This document shows, one piece after another, positions 11,178 to 20,262 of a stretch of 47,146 bases of DNA; the stretch's first letter is position 1; the number at the start of each line of letters is the position of its first letter. Location: UHGV virus genome UHGV-1361989. One strand, written 5' to 3'. The stretch comes from a virus. The translations under genes were made by a program, and so were the position numbers. The notes beneath the pieces were generated by a model, which was given only the letters and a program-made list of their open reading frames with translations, ran no database searches and was not told the DNA's origin.

Positions 11178-11594
11178 TTACTTGTCAACTCCAAAATAGA
11201 ATAACGTCGCTCTTTTTATCTCCTCAAGACCATAAGCAATGGCTCCAAAGTGACCCTCTGCAATGGCGCACTCAAGAACATCAATCTGCGATGGCGATAC
11301 TTTTGATTTTTTCTTGTCGCGCCTCTTCAGTTCAATCAGGCCGCATTTATGATTAATGCCGTTGGTTAGTATCACGTTGTCGCTTACGCCGCTCCTGACG
11401 CCCATCTTGCGGCGTTTTTCGACGAATTGCGGGCCGCTCTTTGTGCCGGTCTCATTTGGAACATGAAACCACAGAGCATCAGGAAAACGGTACTGCATCC
11501 ACAGACCATACGCCATCTGGTCAGTGCTTTCCAGCGGACACTCCCCACGATAACCGCTATCAAATACCCATATCCCACTATCAAGCTGCTTCAA
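11178..11594 (-). CDS. VRR-NUC domain nuclease
   Basis: GVSDNVIL ... IELKRR ... SPSQ spacing matches VRR-NUC D/E-x-K core. Confidence 0.65.
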   Translation of the reverse strand: MKQLDSGIWVFDSGYRGECPLESTDQMAYGLWMQYRFPDALWFHVPNETGTKSGPQFVEKRRKMGVRSGVSDNVILTNGINHKCGLIELKRRDKKKSKVSPSQIDVLECAIAEGHFGAIAYGLEEIKRATLFYFGVDK

Positions 11595-13488
11595 TTTGTT
11601 CTCCTATGAAATCCTTGCGGTGGATGATATCTCGGCCTTTATCGTTAAAACGATGCGTAATGCGTTTAGGCGCGCGGATTAAACCGGCGTAATGCATGAA
11701 AGTCTTCGCATCATGACAGTCCATCATTTTCTTAAGCATGGACTTATCTTCAAGATGAGGAAGCAGAGCCTTCATTTTAAACATATCGCGCAGATGCTTT
11801 GGCTTGCCTCCGAACGGATAAAACACCTCATTTGCCCAGCCGGTCTTGCCATCAGCTTTTACCACCAGGTAACGATAAAGAACCCCCTCAGCGTCTTTGG
11901 TCAACTCGACTTTAAAATCTTGTACATCTGTCCATTCTTTATCGGTATAAGCACGCTCATTAAGCGCCGCATTAGGGTCGCGCAAAACGTGATCGCATTG
12001 ACGGCAATAACGAGCTGTCGGATCGTTCTTTGTTCCACATCCATCATCAAAAATACGGATGCCGTGCTTGTCGAAACCACAGCGAATGAAGCTGAAAAAC
12101 TCTTCGCATCGTCCATCTGGAGACGTTGAGTCTTTACCGATGCAGCGCCGTGCATACGGGCTGTTCATCGTCTGGCATTTAGGGCATGGAACCTGCTCTC
12201 CGCTGCGCTTTGCGCGCTGTGCTTCTGCTTCCTCAAGAATAGGGTCTTCGTACAGACCGCCCAACTCGAACATGGTTCCGGTGAAATCTAATACAAGGTG
12301 ATCATCTTTCCTGTAACCTGCTGCAATTTGCTCAGGTTTTAAAAGACGCATACCACGGCCAAGCAACTGAACAAGAAGGGTAAGTGACATTATTTTTCGC
12401 AATATAACACTCGTGTCCCATAGTGGGATATTCACACCAGTAGTAAGCGCGGCAATCTGCAACACATATTTAATGCGACCTTGGTAAGCATCCTTTAGCG
12501 CCTTCTGTCGAGCCTTGATCCCCATATCTTCAGTGACAATTGCATAAGTGCCATCTGGCAGGTATTTCGCGGCTTCTTGACAGTGTTTTTTACCAGCACA
12601 CGTTATAAGAACCCCGTTGCGATTTGCGGTTAATTCCATAACTTTAAGCATTATTTTTTGCGTGAGAGTACCCTGATCGAGAATCTCTTTTTGCATCTGC
12701 TTTAATTGCTCAAAAGTAAAATCTTGCACTCCATCTTCATCCGATGAATGAAAGTTAGAGAGGTCATAGTGAAGGTCGTCAGCATCATGCAAGCCAAAGA
12801 TGGTAGGAACCAGAAAACCACGATCAACCATGTATTTAGTATCAATGCTAACCACTTCCTTTTTCCAGAATGCGCCCTTGATTGACTCAACGCCACGAAA
12901 TGGTGAGCCAGTAAGGCCGATAATTCTCAACTCATGACCATGCGTGTCTTTGCAGCGCTTCATGAAGGTATTTATTATAATTCCGTACTGCGTTGTTGCA
13001 TCACCTACAACATCAGCCCAATCCACCTGGTGACATTCGTCAATGATTAGGTAACGGGGGACAAAATCGCTTAATGGCTGTTTTTTATCATCCGCATCAA
13101 AAAGAGAGTTGACGACCGTTCCCTCTGTACCCATAAGCAACGGATAAGCAGTTGACTTGCGACCAAGCCCAGCGCTAAACAATGAATTTTTAACACCAAA
13201 ATTCCAGCACTCCTCAGCATTCTGAGAAATAATTTCAGACTGTCTGGCGAGTACCATTCCTTTATAACCCATGTCTGAAAATCTTCTCGCAATCATCGCG
13301 ATCATGATTGTCTTCCCAGCGCCGACACTGGCTGTTATATAAAAAGGCCCTGCATAATGACGAATTTCCTGAGCTGCCAAGTGGTAGCAAAGAAACTGAT
13401 AATCACGAGGAGTGATTTCTCCTGTGCTTATCGTTGATTGTATTGCTGTGATGTCTATTTCACTTATTAGCTTATCTATCTTGTGCAT
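11581..13488 (-). CDS. SF2 DEAD/DEAH-box helicase with C-terminal zinc ribbons
   Basis: Walker A SVGAGKT, DEAH-type IIDECHQ, helicase C motifs, CPKC...CRQC cysteine pairs. Confidence 0.85.
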   Translation of the reverse strand: MHKIDKLISEIDITAIQSTISTGEITPRDYQFLCYHLAAQEIRHYAGPFYITASVGAGKTIMIAMIARRFSDMGYKGMVLARQSEIISQNAEECWNFGVKNSLFSAGLGRKSTAYPLLMGTEGTVVNSLFDADDKKQPLSDFVPRYLIIDECHQVDWADVVGDATTQYGIIINTFMKRCKDTHGHELRIIGLTGSPFRGVESIKGAFWKKEVVSIDTKYMVDRGFLVPTIFGLHDADDLHYDLSNFHSSDEDGVQDFTFEQLKQMQKEILDQGTLTQKIMLKVMELTANRNGVLITCAGKKHCQEAAKYLPDGTYAIVTEDMGIKARQKALKDAYQGRIKYVLQIAALTTGVNIPLWDTSVILRKIMSLTLLVQLLGRGMRLLKPEQIAAGYRKDDHLVLDFTGTMFELGGLYEDPILEEAEAQRAKRSGEQVPCPKCQTMNSPYARRCIGKDSTSPDGRCEEFFSFIRCGFDKHGIRIFDDGCGTKNDPTARYCRQCDHVLRDPNAALNERAYTDKEWTDVQDFKVELTKDAEGVLYRYLVVKADGKTGWANEVFYPFGGKPKHLRDMFKMKALLPHLEDKSMLKKMMDCHDAKTFMHYAGLIRAPKRITHRFNDKGRDIIHRKDFIGEQIEAA

Positions 13489-13496
13489 TTAATCAC

Positions 13497-14270
13497 CTAT
13501 GGCATGTCAGGCCAGTAAACGTTGCTCTTAGATCTGTTTTCGCTTGGAGTTAACAATTGAAGGTTATGCCAGCAGTGAAGACCGCAAACCAACTTGCTAT
13601 TTATTGGAACAATATGGTCAACGTGCATTCCAAGACTGGCTGCCATTTCATAAACCTTCTCTATCAGAACCCTTTCAGATTCGAACCAAGATGGAATTGA
13701 CCTTCTTTTTAGATATTTATATTTACGCTGGTGATATCTAACAATATTTTTATTTTCAGCCCTCCAGTGTCTTGATTGCTCATTGTGCTTATCTTTGTTT
13801 TCATTGTAATACTTCTTTGATTTTGCCTTTATCTTGCTCTTATTTGCTGCGTAATTACTTTTCTTGAACTCTGATTGGCACTTCTTACATTCAGGCCTAA
13901 GACCATCAAGTGATGATTTGTTTTTATTGAAGTTTTCTTCATTTGCATCAAGAACTGAGTTGCATTTAGAGCAGACCTTCCTTCCATCAACAAGATATCT
14001 CAGCCTTTTACCTTTGTTTCCATCGCATGATTTACAATGAGATTTTAAACCAAGCCTCATCTTCTTGTCTGAGTAGAAGTAATCACTTGTTGCAGGAAGC
14101 ATTAGATTGCATCTTGAGCATTTCTTTTTTGTCCCTGTGCTTTCGCAACCTGCACTTTCCTGAGCAACATTTTGCTTTTGCAGTTCCGATAAACTCACTT
14201 CCGCAAACCTCGCATTTCTTAACGGTGATAGCCATTTCTTACCCTCTATTGTAACGGTTAATTGTTTCAT
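13497..14270 (-). CDS. HNH endonuclease with N-terminal CxxC zinc-finger repeats
   Basis: Repeated CxxC pairs. C-terminal HVDHIVP...N..LLT..ENRSK HNH core. Confidence 0.75.
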   Translation of the reverse strand: MKQLTVTIEGKKWLSPLRNARFAEVSLSELQKQNVAQESAGCESTGTKKKCSRCNLMLPATSDYFYSDKKMRLGLKSHCKSCDGNKGKRLRYLVDGRKVCSKCNSVLDANEENFNKNKSSLDGLRPECKKCQSEFKKSNYAANKSKIKAKSKKYYNENKDKHNEQSRHWRAENKNIVRYHQRKYKYLKRRSIPSWFESERVLIEKVYEMAASLGMHVDHIVPINSKLVCGLHCWHNLQLLTPSENRSKSNVYWPDMP

Positions 14271-14312
14271 TGCAAGTAACGATTGATTGTTTCTTGTGTA
14301 AAGATTACAATG
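14271..14312. promoter_or_regulatory. overlapping divergent sigma70-like promoters (TTGCAA-16-TACAAT leftward; TTGATT-17-TACAAT rightward)
   Basis: Hexamers read directly on both strands between HNH (-) and primase (+). Confidence 0.35.
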
Positions 14313-14342
14313 AATCTACATCATAGTCAACTGGAAGAAATT

Positions 14343-15236
14343 ATGCGATACGACTGGAAGGATATAGAGCCTTTAATGGTAGGCAACTGGCAGGCTGCCA
14401 TCATGTCGATAGTAAATGTCGATGTGAGAATTTTCAATGGTAAACATCAGCCATGCCCAAGTTGCGCTGGCAAGGACAGGTTTAGATTCGATGACCACTT
14501 AGACTACAAAGGTGACGGCGGCGCCATCTGCAACCAGTGCGGAAACGGCAGCGGAATCACCTGGCTAATGAAGCTGTCAGGAATGACTTTCCCAGAGTCA
14601 ATGGAGGCACTGGCCGGATTTCTTAACATGCACCCGCGCGAAAAACTTGAGGCGATTAGAAAGCAACTTCCGAAGGTCAACCATGCTTCTGACTACCTGA
14701 CAGAGGCAGAAGTGACGGCCATCATGGAAAAAGCAGGAGGCGACACCATAACCGGCAAAACTGGTGAACTGGTGGCGATACCACTCTATATGGCTGGAAA
14801 TATGACGCCATGCAATGTGGCTTTTCTGGCTGATGATGAAAGCGTGTCATTTCGCGCGGGTTTCAGCCATGAGTACACTCGCGGAAGACTTACGCGCGGC
14901 GCAGTTACACCCATCGGCGATAAGACTGAATGGACATACCTGGTTGCGGATTACTTCGATGCCTGGCGAGCACATCGGCTTACCGGAGCACATGTCTGGT
15001 GTTGCTGGTCGCCTGAAAACATGTGGGAAGTTGTGCGCAATGTGAGAGATGAGCAGCGAGCCAAACTACGCTGCATTATTAATAATAATTTCGATGAGGT
15101 TTGCGCCGCCGAGAATGCAGGTCTGCCGATACTGATTACTGATGATGGTCAGGATATCCGTTACAGCGGCGCCATCAGAAAAAGGTTGTATAAACCAGAA
15201 GATCTATTTGAACTTCTAAAAAACAAACCCTCCTGA
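14343..15236 (+). CDS. DNA primase, Prim_Zn_Ribbon-type N-terminal zinc-binding domain
   Basis: HQPCPSCAGKDRFRFDD...GGAICNQCG matches primase-helicase zinc-binding domain. Start placed at ATG after the putative -10. Alternative starts 14283/14310 in frame. Confidence 0.65.
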   Translation: MRYDWKDIEPLMVGNWQAAIMSIVNVDVRIFNGKHQPCPSCAGKDRFRFDDHLDYKGDGGAICNQCGNGSGITWLMKLSGMTFPESMEALAGFLNMHPREKLEAIRKQLPKVNHASDYLTEAEVTAIMEKAGGDTITGKTGELVAIPLYMAGNMTPCNVAFLADDESVSFRAGFSHEYTRGRLTRGAVTPIGDKTEWTYLVADYFDAWRAHRLTGAHVWCCWSPENMWEVVRNVRDEQRAKLRCIINNNFDEVCAAENAGLPILITDDGQDIRYSGAIRKRLYKPEDLFELLKNKPS

Positions 15237-15252
15237 TGGAGGGTTTTTGTTT
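15225..15252. terminator. bidirectional rho-independent terminator
   Basis: AAACCCTCC tgat GGAGGGTTT + TTGTTT. Overlaps primase stop codon. Confidence 0.6.
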
Positions 15253-15472
15253 ATGGTTTTTCTGGAACTGGCATCCAGTGAGTAACACCAATTGTTACCA
15301 TGTTATCAAGAACTCCATCAGAGTCAATGCTGCACCAAGATACATCCTGAAACCAGTGTCCTTGAAGATAAACTCCATGTAGTGGCTCATCATCTTTTGG
15401 ATAAAAAATTAATTTTGTATTTTCCTCTGGTAATTTTTCACTACATTTAATCCATTTGTTTTTCATCTCCAA
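15251..15472 (-). CDS. hypothetical protein
   Basis: 73-aa ORF with 4-nt overlap to upstream gene. No motif. Confidence 0.4.
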   Translation of the reverse strand: MEMKNKWIKCSEKLPEENTKLIFYPKDDEPLHGVYLQGHWFQDVSWCSIDSDGVLDNMVTIGVTHWMPVPEKP

Positions 15473-16953
15473 CCTCTCTGCGCAGCCATATTCATGCCGA
15501 TACCCTCAACAATCTGAGAAAATTTAATGCTCATTTTTGTAGACTCAAATTTGCTCGCGTCGTTAATCCAGTAACCGCAACCGACAGCATCAATAGCTCT
15601 TGACTCCATTAATGCCTGCATTACTGGCGTGATAAGTGTTTTTGCGCCGAAATTAAAATCCTCTCCATTGGTACGAGCAATAGCTTCTGCCAGTCCTTTT
15701 AGCGACTTTGTTTTAACTACGCGCTGAATAATGCTTGACTGAGGCATTGAATCATCGCGTGTTCTACCAGATAGCACGTTTTCAATGCGGTTTTTAATCT
15801 CGTTCCATCGCGCCATCGTGCCAAGTTCCTCCTGGCTCTCATTCACTTTAAGCATGCTCATCACGTCAGTAAGGCTTTCGCATACAAAGCAAAAAGCCCA
15901 CATCAGCATAGCTTCTGTAATGACTCCTTTATTGCCAGCTGAAAGAGCTGTTGCAACCTTTTCCACTTGCTCAAATGAACGTGATATTACAGCTCCTAGC
16001 GCAACATCATTCCGCAACTCCTCAAAACGATCGTCAAGAGATTCAGCAAGTTGCTCAACCATTGTATCTTCGTACCTCGCCACGGTTGGCGCTGATTTCT
16101 CTATCTGTTTCATCTTCTCGATAAGCGATGGCGGCGTCTTGTGACCGAATTTTTTTGCTTTCCTTGCTCTGCCATCTTTTCCTTTGATGAATATCGCACG
16201 ACCAATAAGGCCGGTGCCAATGTTTTCAGAGCAGATGATACTTGCCAGTTTTTCAGGAGTTGAGAAGCACATCATTGAAAATATAGGGTCTTCTATCCCG
16301 TTCTGGATAGGCCATAAGATTTCTTTTTCGAGCTGCATTTCACGTCGACGATACTCAGTTTCAACAATGCCCTTATCCTTAACTTCTGCGCGCAGTTTTT
16401 TTAACTCCTTCTCCAGCAACTCCTTCGCGTTAATGGCGTCAAGGTCAGAGAATTTTTTCAGGCGGTCTGAGTAGATTGAGAGAATTTCAGAGCCAAGTTC
16501 CGCCATATATGTGGCGCCATTCTTTTGTGACATCACGCCAAAAAGACCATGGCATTCATCAATAATAAATGTTGCCACGCCTTCGTGGTTTATCAGTGTG
16601 CGCCCGATATCTTTTGATGATGCTATGCGGCCAAAAACGTGCTGACCTTTGTCGATATCGCGGGCGATCATCTTGAAATGACTTTGAGAACGGTCTTTAC
16701 CACCGGCGGAATCAGCAATGCAGATGGTCAGCAAGTTTCCTTTCATGCCGCTCGGAGTTTTAATTTTACCTTTGCTGGCAATGACCAGTTCATGCAGTGC
16801 TGCCACAGCGCGTAATCTTGGCTGTTCTCGCACTTCACCGGCGGCGATATCTTCAGCTATCTCGCCGGCAAGGCCTGGAGGCTTGGTGATGTCGTACCAG
16901 GCATCTTTTTTGATGTCTGCTGTAAGGTCGTAAATGGTCTTTATTGCCATCAT
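15463..16953 (-). CDS. P-loop replication protein, DUF3987/D5-like (primase-associated helicase-like)
   Basis: Walker A-like ADSAGGKDRS and Walker B IIDECHG. RBS agaagga. Next to primase. Confidence 0.5.
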   Translation of the reverse strand: MMAIKTIYDLTADIKKDAWYDITKPPGLAGEIAEDIAAGEVREQPRLRAVAALHELVIASKGKIKTPSGMKGNLLTICIADSAGGKDRSQSHFKMIARDIDKGQHVFGRIASSKDIGRTLINHEGVATFIIDECHGLFGVMSQKNGATYMAELGSEILSIYSDRLKKFSDLDAINAKELLEKELKKLRAEVKDKGIVETEYRRREMQLEKEILWPIQNGIEDPIFSMMCFSTPEKLASIICSENIGTGLIGRAIFIKGKDGRARKAKKFGHKTPPSLIEKMKQIEKSAPTVARYEDTMVEQLAESLDDRFEELRNDVALGAVISRSFEQVEKVATALSAGNKGVITEAMLMWAFCFVCESLTDVMSMLKVNESQEELGTMARWNEIKNRIENVLSGRTRDDSMPQSSIIQRVVKTKSLKGLAEAIARTNGEDFNFGAKTLITPVMQALMESRAIDAVGCGYWINDASKFESTKMSIKFSQIVEGIGMNMAAQRGWR

Positions 16954-17165
16954 GAGATCCTTCTGATGGTGAGGATTTCTTTATGGTTGTCAAAACGTGT
17001 GATGAACATCATGCCAGCATCCTTTGAAACTTTGGAAAGGTTCATCCTGAATCTTGCTATGTCCATGCCAACTATCTCGCTTGACGGCAATAGCTTAACT
17101 TCATTGACATTAATGCCAGATACGTGATGGTAAACGTGAGCCAAATCGCTGCCAGGTCTGTACAT
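16950..17165 (-). CDS. hypothetical early protein
   Basis: Perfect SD AAGGAGG 5 nt before ATG. First gene of leftward operon. Confidence 0.5.
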   Translation of the reverse strand: MYRPGSDLAHVYHHVSGINVNEVKLLPSSEIVGMDIARFRMNLSKVSKDAGMMFITRFDNHKEILTIRRIS

Positions 17166-17262
17166 AACTCCTCCTTATTTTTTGTGATTATAAAATATTA
17201 AATAAATCGGCGCAATACCTTACCTGCTTGTTCACTGGTCGTGCTTCTGGTTGAAATGGGTA

Positions 17263-17295
17263 AATTTGGATAAGCGTTTGGATAAGTGTTTTTAA
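17263..17295. repeat. tandem direct repeat TGGATAAG(C/T)GTTT x2
   Basis: aaatttGGATAAGCGTTTGGATAAGTGTTTTtaa read directly. Confidence 0.5.
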
Positions 17296-17606
17296 ATACT
17301 ATGTATATGTATTTACTACTATTATTATCAATAGATAGTAGTATTTATCCAATTCAACCCATTTTTTGCTTTGCGCAAATTTTAGCAAAAAAAATGCATC
17401 AAAAATTTTCTACTTTTCTCTCATGGTGAAGGTTTAAGTGATAAATGGTTGAACATTACATAAGTTAATGAATTTACATGGTTATCTATGGTTAAACCAA
17501 AAAAAATCTTGGGTTAAATGGGTTGAGCGTGTTCTATATATATCAACAACTTGCAAAATTGATAACTGTAAGTGATTACTAACTAAATTTTATTTTCACC
17601 ATCATA

Positions 17607-17635
17607 TTGACGTAGATTGAGCGCCATCGTATAGT
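17607..17635 (+). promoter_or_regulatory. rightward early promoter TTGACG-17-TATAGT (conserved box TTGACGTAGATTGA)
   Basis: -35 17607-17612, -10 17630-17635. Leader agaggtgatgaag then ATG 17667. Confidence 0.6.
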
Positions 17636-17666
17636 TACCACGCCAACAACAAAGAGGTGATGAAGA

Positions 17667-17873
17667 ATGACGAGGCTCTATAAAGCAGTAGATAAAATGG
17701 ATGGCAGAGTATCTGCGTTTCTTGTAAGGGATAATGGTGATGTTTGTAAAAGTTTTTGGTACATGGATGATGAGGGTGAAGTTGATGCTGCAAAGCATAC
17801 CGGTAGCCTACAGACGCCATGCAGAAATGGAATGGACGACGCCATCAATCCTGTACTCATCGCGGAGTGGTAA
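17667..17873 (+). CDS. hypothetical early protein
   Basis: RBS AGAGG 9 nt upstream. 68 aa. Confidence 0.5.
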   Translation: MTRLYKAVDKMDGRVSAFLVRDNGDVCKSFWYMDDEGEVDAAKHTGSLQTPCRNGMDDAINPVLIAEW

Positions 17874-17875
17874 TC

Positions 17876-18061
17876 ATGACCAAAGCAATCTACACGCGCA
17901 CTCAACTGGAACCAGAAATGGGCGCAGTGAAAGCGCAAAACTTTATGATGGCGCAGGCGATGCATTCATACAGCAACGGTAAGCGCGTCTGTCGCGTTTT
18001 TAGTGGAGAAGGAAAGCAGAGAGTGCTTGAGCAGGTTATCGTGTCATCTGGCGGAAACTAA
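17876..18061 (+). CDS. hypothetical early protein
   Basis: RBS ggag. Start 2 nt after previous stop. Confidence 0.45.
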   Translation: MTKAIYTRTQLEPEMGAVKAQNFMMAQAMHSYSNGKRVCRVFSGEGKQRVLEQVIVSSGGN

Positions 18062-18076
18062 ACCGGTTTAGCAACG

Positions 18077-18355
18077 ATGAATAAATTACTGGCAGTTGTT
18101 CTACTAGCCATCGCTAACGCAGCAAGCGCTGAAACGATATGGGTCACAAAGTATGCGCTGACCCGTGGCATTCAGAAGTGCGAAAGCGCACAGCTATTCG
18201 CAGATGGTCAGGTGGCTGTGGTTGGCGATGTTTACTTTAAACGTGGTGAATACTGGCTTGATGAGCAACAGGCAAAAGAGCATGCAGAGACTTTGCGGCA
18301 ACGCCGTGTATCTGCGCTGATGCGTGAGCTTGAGCGTTTACAGGCGGCTAAGTGA
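18077..18355 (+). CDS. hypothetical secreted/periplasmic protein
   Basis: N-terminal signal peptide MNKLLAVVLLAIANAASA/ET. Confidence 0.5.
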   Translation: MNKLLAVVLLAIANAASAETIWVTKYALTRGIQKCESAQLFADGQVAVVGDVYFKRGEYWLDEQQAKEHAETLRQRRVSALMRELERLQAAK

Positions 18356-18361
18356 GGATTT

Positions 18362-18811
18362 ATGGATATCGAAATTAAAGAAGTTCAGGAAATTATTAAA
18401 AACCTTGAGAGTAGTGGCGAGCTATCAATCAAAGAGGAAAAATACCTCAAGGTGGCAAAGCTGTGCATGCAGGTGGTTGCGGAAAATGTGGGGATAAAGG
18501 GGGCAATCCATCAACTAAAAAATATTGATTATCAAAATGAAAGCATGAATGACGTGACATTGGCAGAAGAGATTGGGTTCAATGCAGCTGTGATGGCCAT
18601 GTATCGCTGGGTTCCTAAAACCCCCGGCTACGATGCGATCGGTGGCGGGGTTAAGGCTGATGGAGTGGATGAGTTTTCGAAAACTCTAGAGGGGGCCGCT
18701 GACATTTGTGGTAAGTCAAAAGCATGGGAGGCGCAAGAAAATTTACTTGATTTTGCTGAGCGTGGATTCGACTTCGCCAAGCAGCTGCGCGAGGGGGCTA
18801 ATCATGACTGA
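18362..18811 (+). CDS. hypothetical protein
   Basis: 149-aa ORF, tight spacing. Confidence 0.5.
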   Translation: MDIEIKEVQEIIKNLESSGELSIKEEKYLKVAKLCMQVVAENVGIKGAIHQLKNIDYQNESMNDVTLAEEIGFNAAVMAMYRWVPKTPGYDAIGGGVKADGVDEFSKTLEGAADICGKSKAWEAQENLLDFAERGFDFAKQLREGANHD

Positions 18812-19205
18812 TATCACCGAACTGGCGCTACTCGTCAGTAAAGCGAAAGCGTCTGTATTTACCCTGGAATATATCTCGCAGTTTGAGCCTGCTGATATCG
18901 ACTCCGATGACGTTGATTTGCGGTTTGAGGTAGATGGCCGAGATACCGGCACCAACGTTTCTATCGTCGATGAGTGCGGGCAAGCTGCAAAGGTTATTGG
19001 CACGCTGGTAGAGGCGCTGGAGAAGGCGCAGCAGCAGATTACTCAGCTGGAGTCCCGCGCCGTGAAGCTGCCAGATATCAATGAGTACCTTGCAGAGGTT
19101 CACGATAAAACGCTAAATCGGGCCTTCCGGCTACTGGCTGAAGGTGTGCGTGCTGGTGATGTCGCTGCTATGCGCGCCGCTGGCATCAAGGTGGAGGCTG
19201 AGTGA
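18804..19205 (+). CDS. hypothetical protein
   Basis: ATG 18804 overlaps previous stop by 8 nt. ORF-track start 18708 trimmed. Confidence 0.5.
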   Translation: MTDITELALLVSKAKASVFTLEYISQFEPADIDSDDVDLRFEVDGRDTGTNVSIVDECGQAAKVIGTLVEALEKAQQQITQLESRAVKLPDINEYLAEVHDKTLNRAFRLLAEGVRAGDVAAMRAAGIKVEAE

Positions 19206-19393
19206 TGAAAATGGGTGAACACATGGAGCCAGTTATCGAGCTCCTGGAAGAACTGAACGGCAACAACACTGACGCAAAACTAAAGCTACTCGCCCTGGTC
19301 ATCTCGGAATACATGTTAAATACGGATGTTACTGGCTTTGAGGTCACCGCGGGGAAGATGAAAGTTTCCGTAGATATAAGCGTTGAGGAATAG
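19202..19393 (+). CDS. hypothetical protein
   Basis: ATGA overlap with upstream ORF. Confidence 0.45.
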   Translation: MMKMGEHMEPVIELLEELNGNNTDAKLKLLALVISEYMLNTDVTGFEVTAGKMKVSVDISVEE

Positions 19394-19397
19394 CCCA

Positions 19398-19832
19398 ATG
19401 ACTAATAACCAGTTAGCAGAAAACAGCGTAAATCAGCTTTTGAACAGCGTCAGACTGGCGCGCGATAACGCAGAGCGTGCTGATAACCGCGTTGACCACT
19501 CGTTTTATCACGCGCTGACGATTGCTCTGGAAGAGCTACAGGAACGCCGCAAGGCTGACAGAGAGCCGGTGGCAGAAGTGGTTTCAATTTATGGCGACCC
19601 CGAAGCCTTTGGGGAGCGAGAGATTAGACCGCTTGTCGGTATTCAGCAAATGCCATACGGGACGAATCTCTATCGCCACGCGCAGCAGCCTGTAGTGCCG
19701 GATGGTTATGTGGTGGTGCCGAAAGAGCCTACGGAGGAAATGCTACAGGCTTCCTATCGTGAAGCGGCTGTGTATAGCCCAACGGCTTATCGAGCGATGA
19801 TTGCAGCCGCACCGCAGGAGGTTAAAAAGTGA
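19398..19832 (+). CDS. hypothetical protein
   Basis: RBS gagga. Start trimmed from 19383. Confidence 0.5.
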   Translation: MTNNQLAENSVNQLLNSVRLARDNAERADNRVDHSFYHALTIALEELQERRKADREPVAEVVSIYGDPEAFGEREIRPLVGIQQMPYGTNLYRHAQQPVVPDGYVVVPKEPTEEMLQASYREAAVYSPTAYRAMIAAAPQEVKK

Positions 19833-20079
19833 AACCCTACATCATCCGCAGACTGATTGCTGTAGCCTGCGTTGCATTCTGGATTGCTGCTGCCTTTACC
19901 GTCTACTTTATCGTGAGGTGAATTATGTTGTGGAGCGATATTCAGGCGGCGTGTGAAGAAGCTGACTTTCTGTATGAAGATACCGGTAAGCATCATGACG
20001 TCATTCAGGTTGGCAGCATGATGATGGTGGTTGAGCATAACAGCATGCTTCGGCATATGTACTCAACGACGAGGTATCA

Positions 20080-20262
20080 GTGATGCCGCAAAAATCAAAA
20101 CAGGAGGTGTGGCAGAAGGCTCGGCTCGAAGGTGTTGACCACTTCATATCAGCAATCGCAAAAGCCTTCCCTGATGCGATTGAAGTGGTTCATGTTAAAT
20201 CCCCACGCAATGATTTGTGGTGCAGGAGCGGTAAGTGTGATGAAAAGAATAGACTGGAATGA
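20080..20262 (+). CDS. hypothetical protein
   Basis: RBS gaggt. 3' end overlapped by HNH gene start. Confidence 0.35.
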   Translation: MMPQKSKQEVWQKARLEGVDHFISAIAKAFPDAIEVVHVKSPRNDLWCRSGKCDEKNRLE

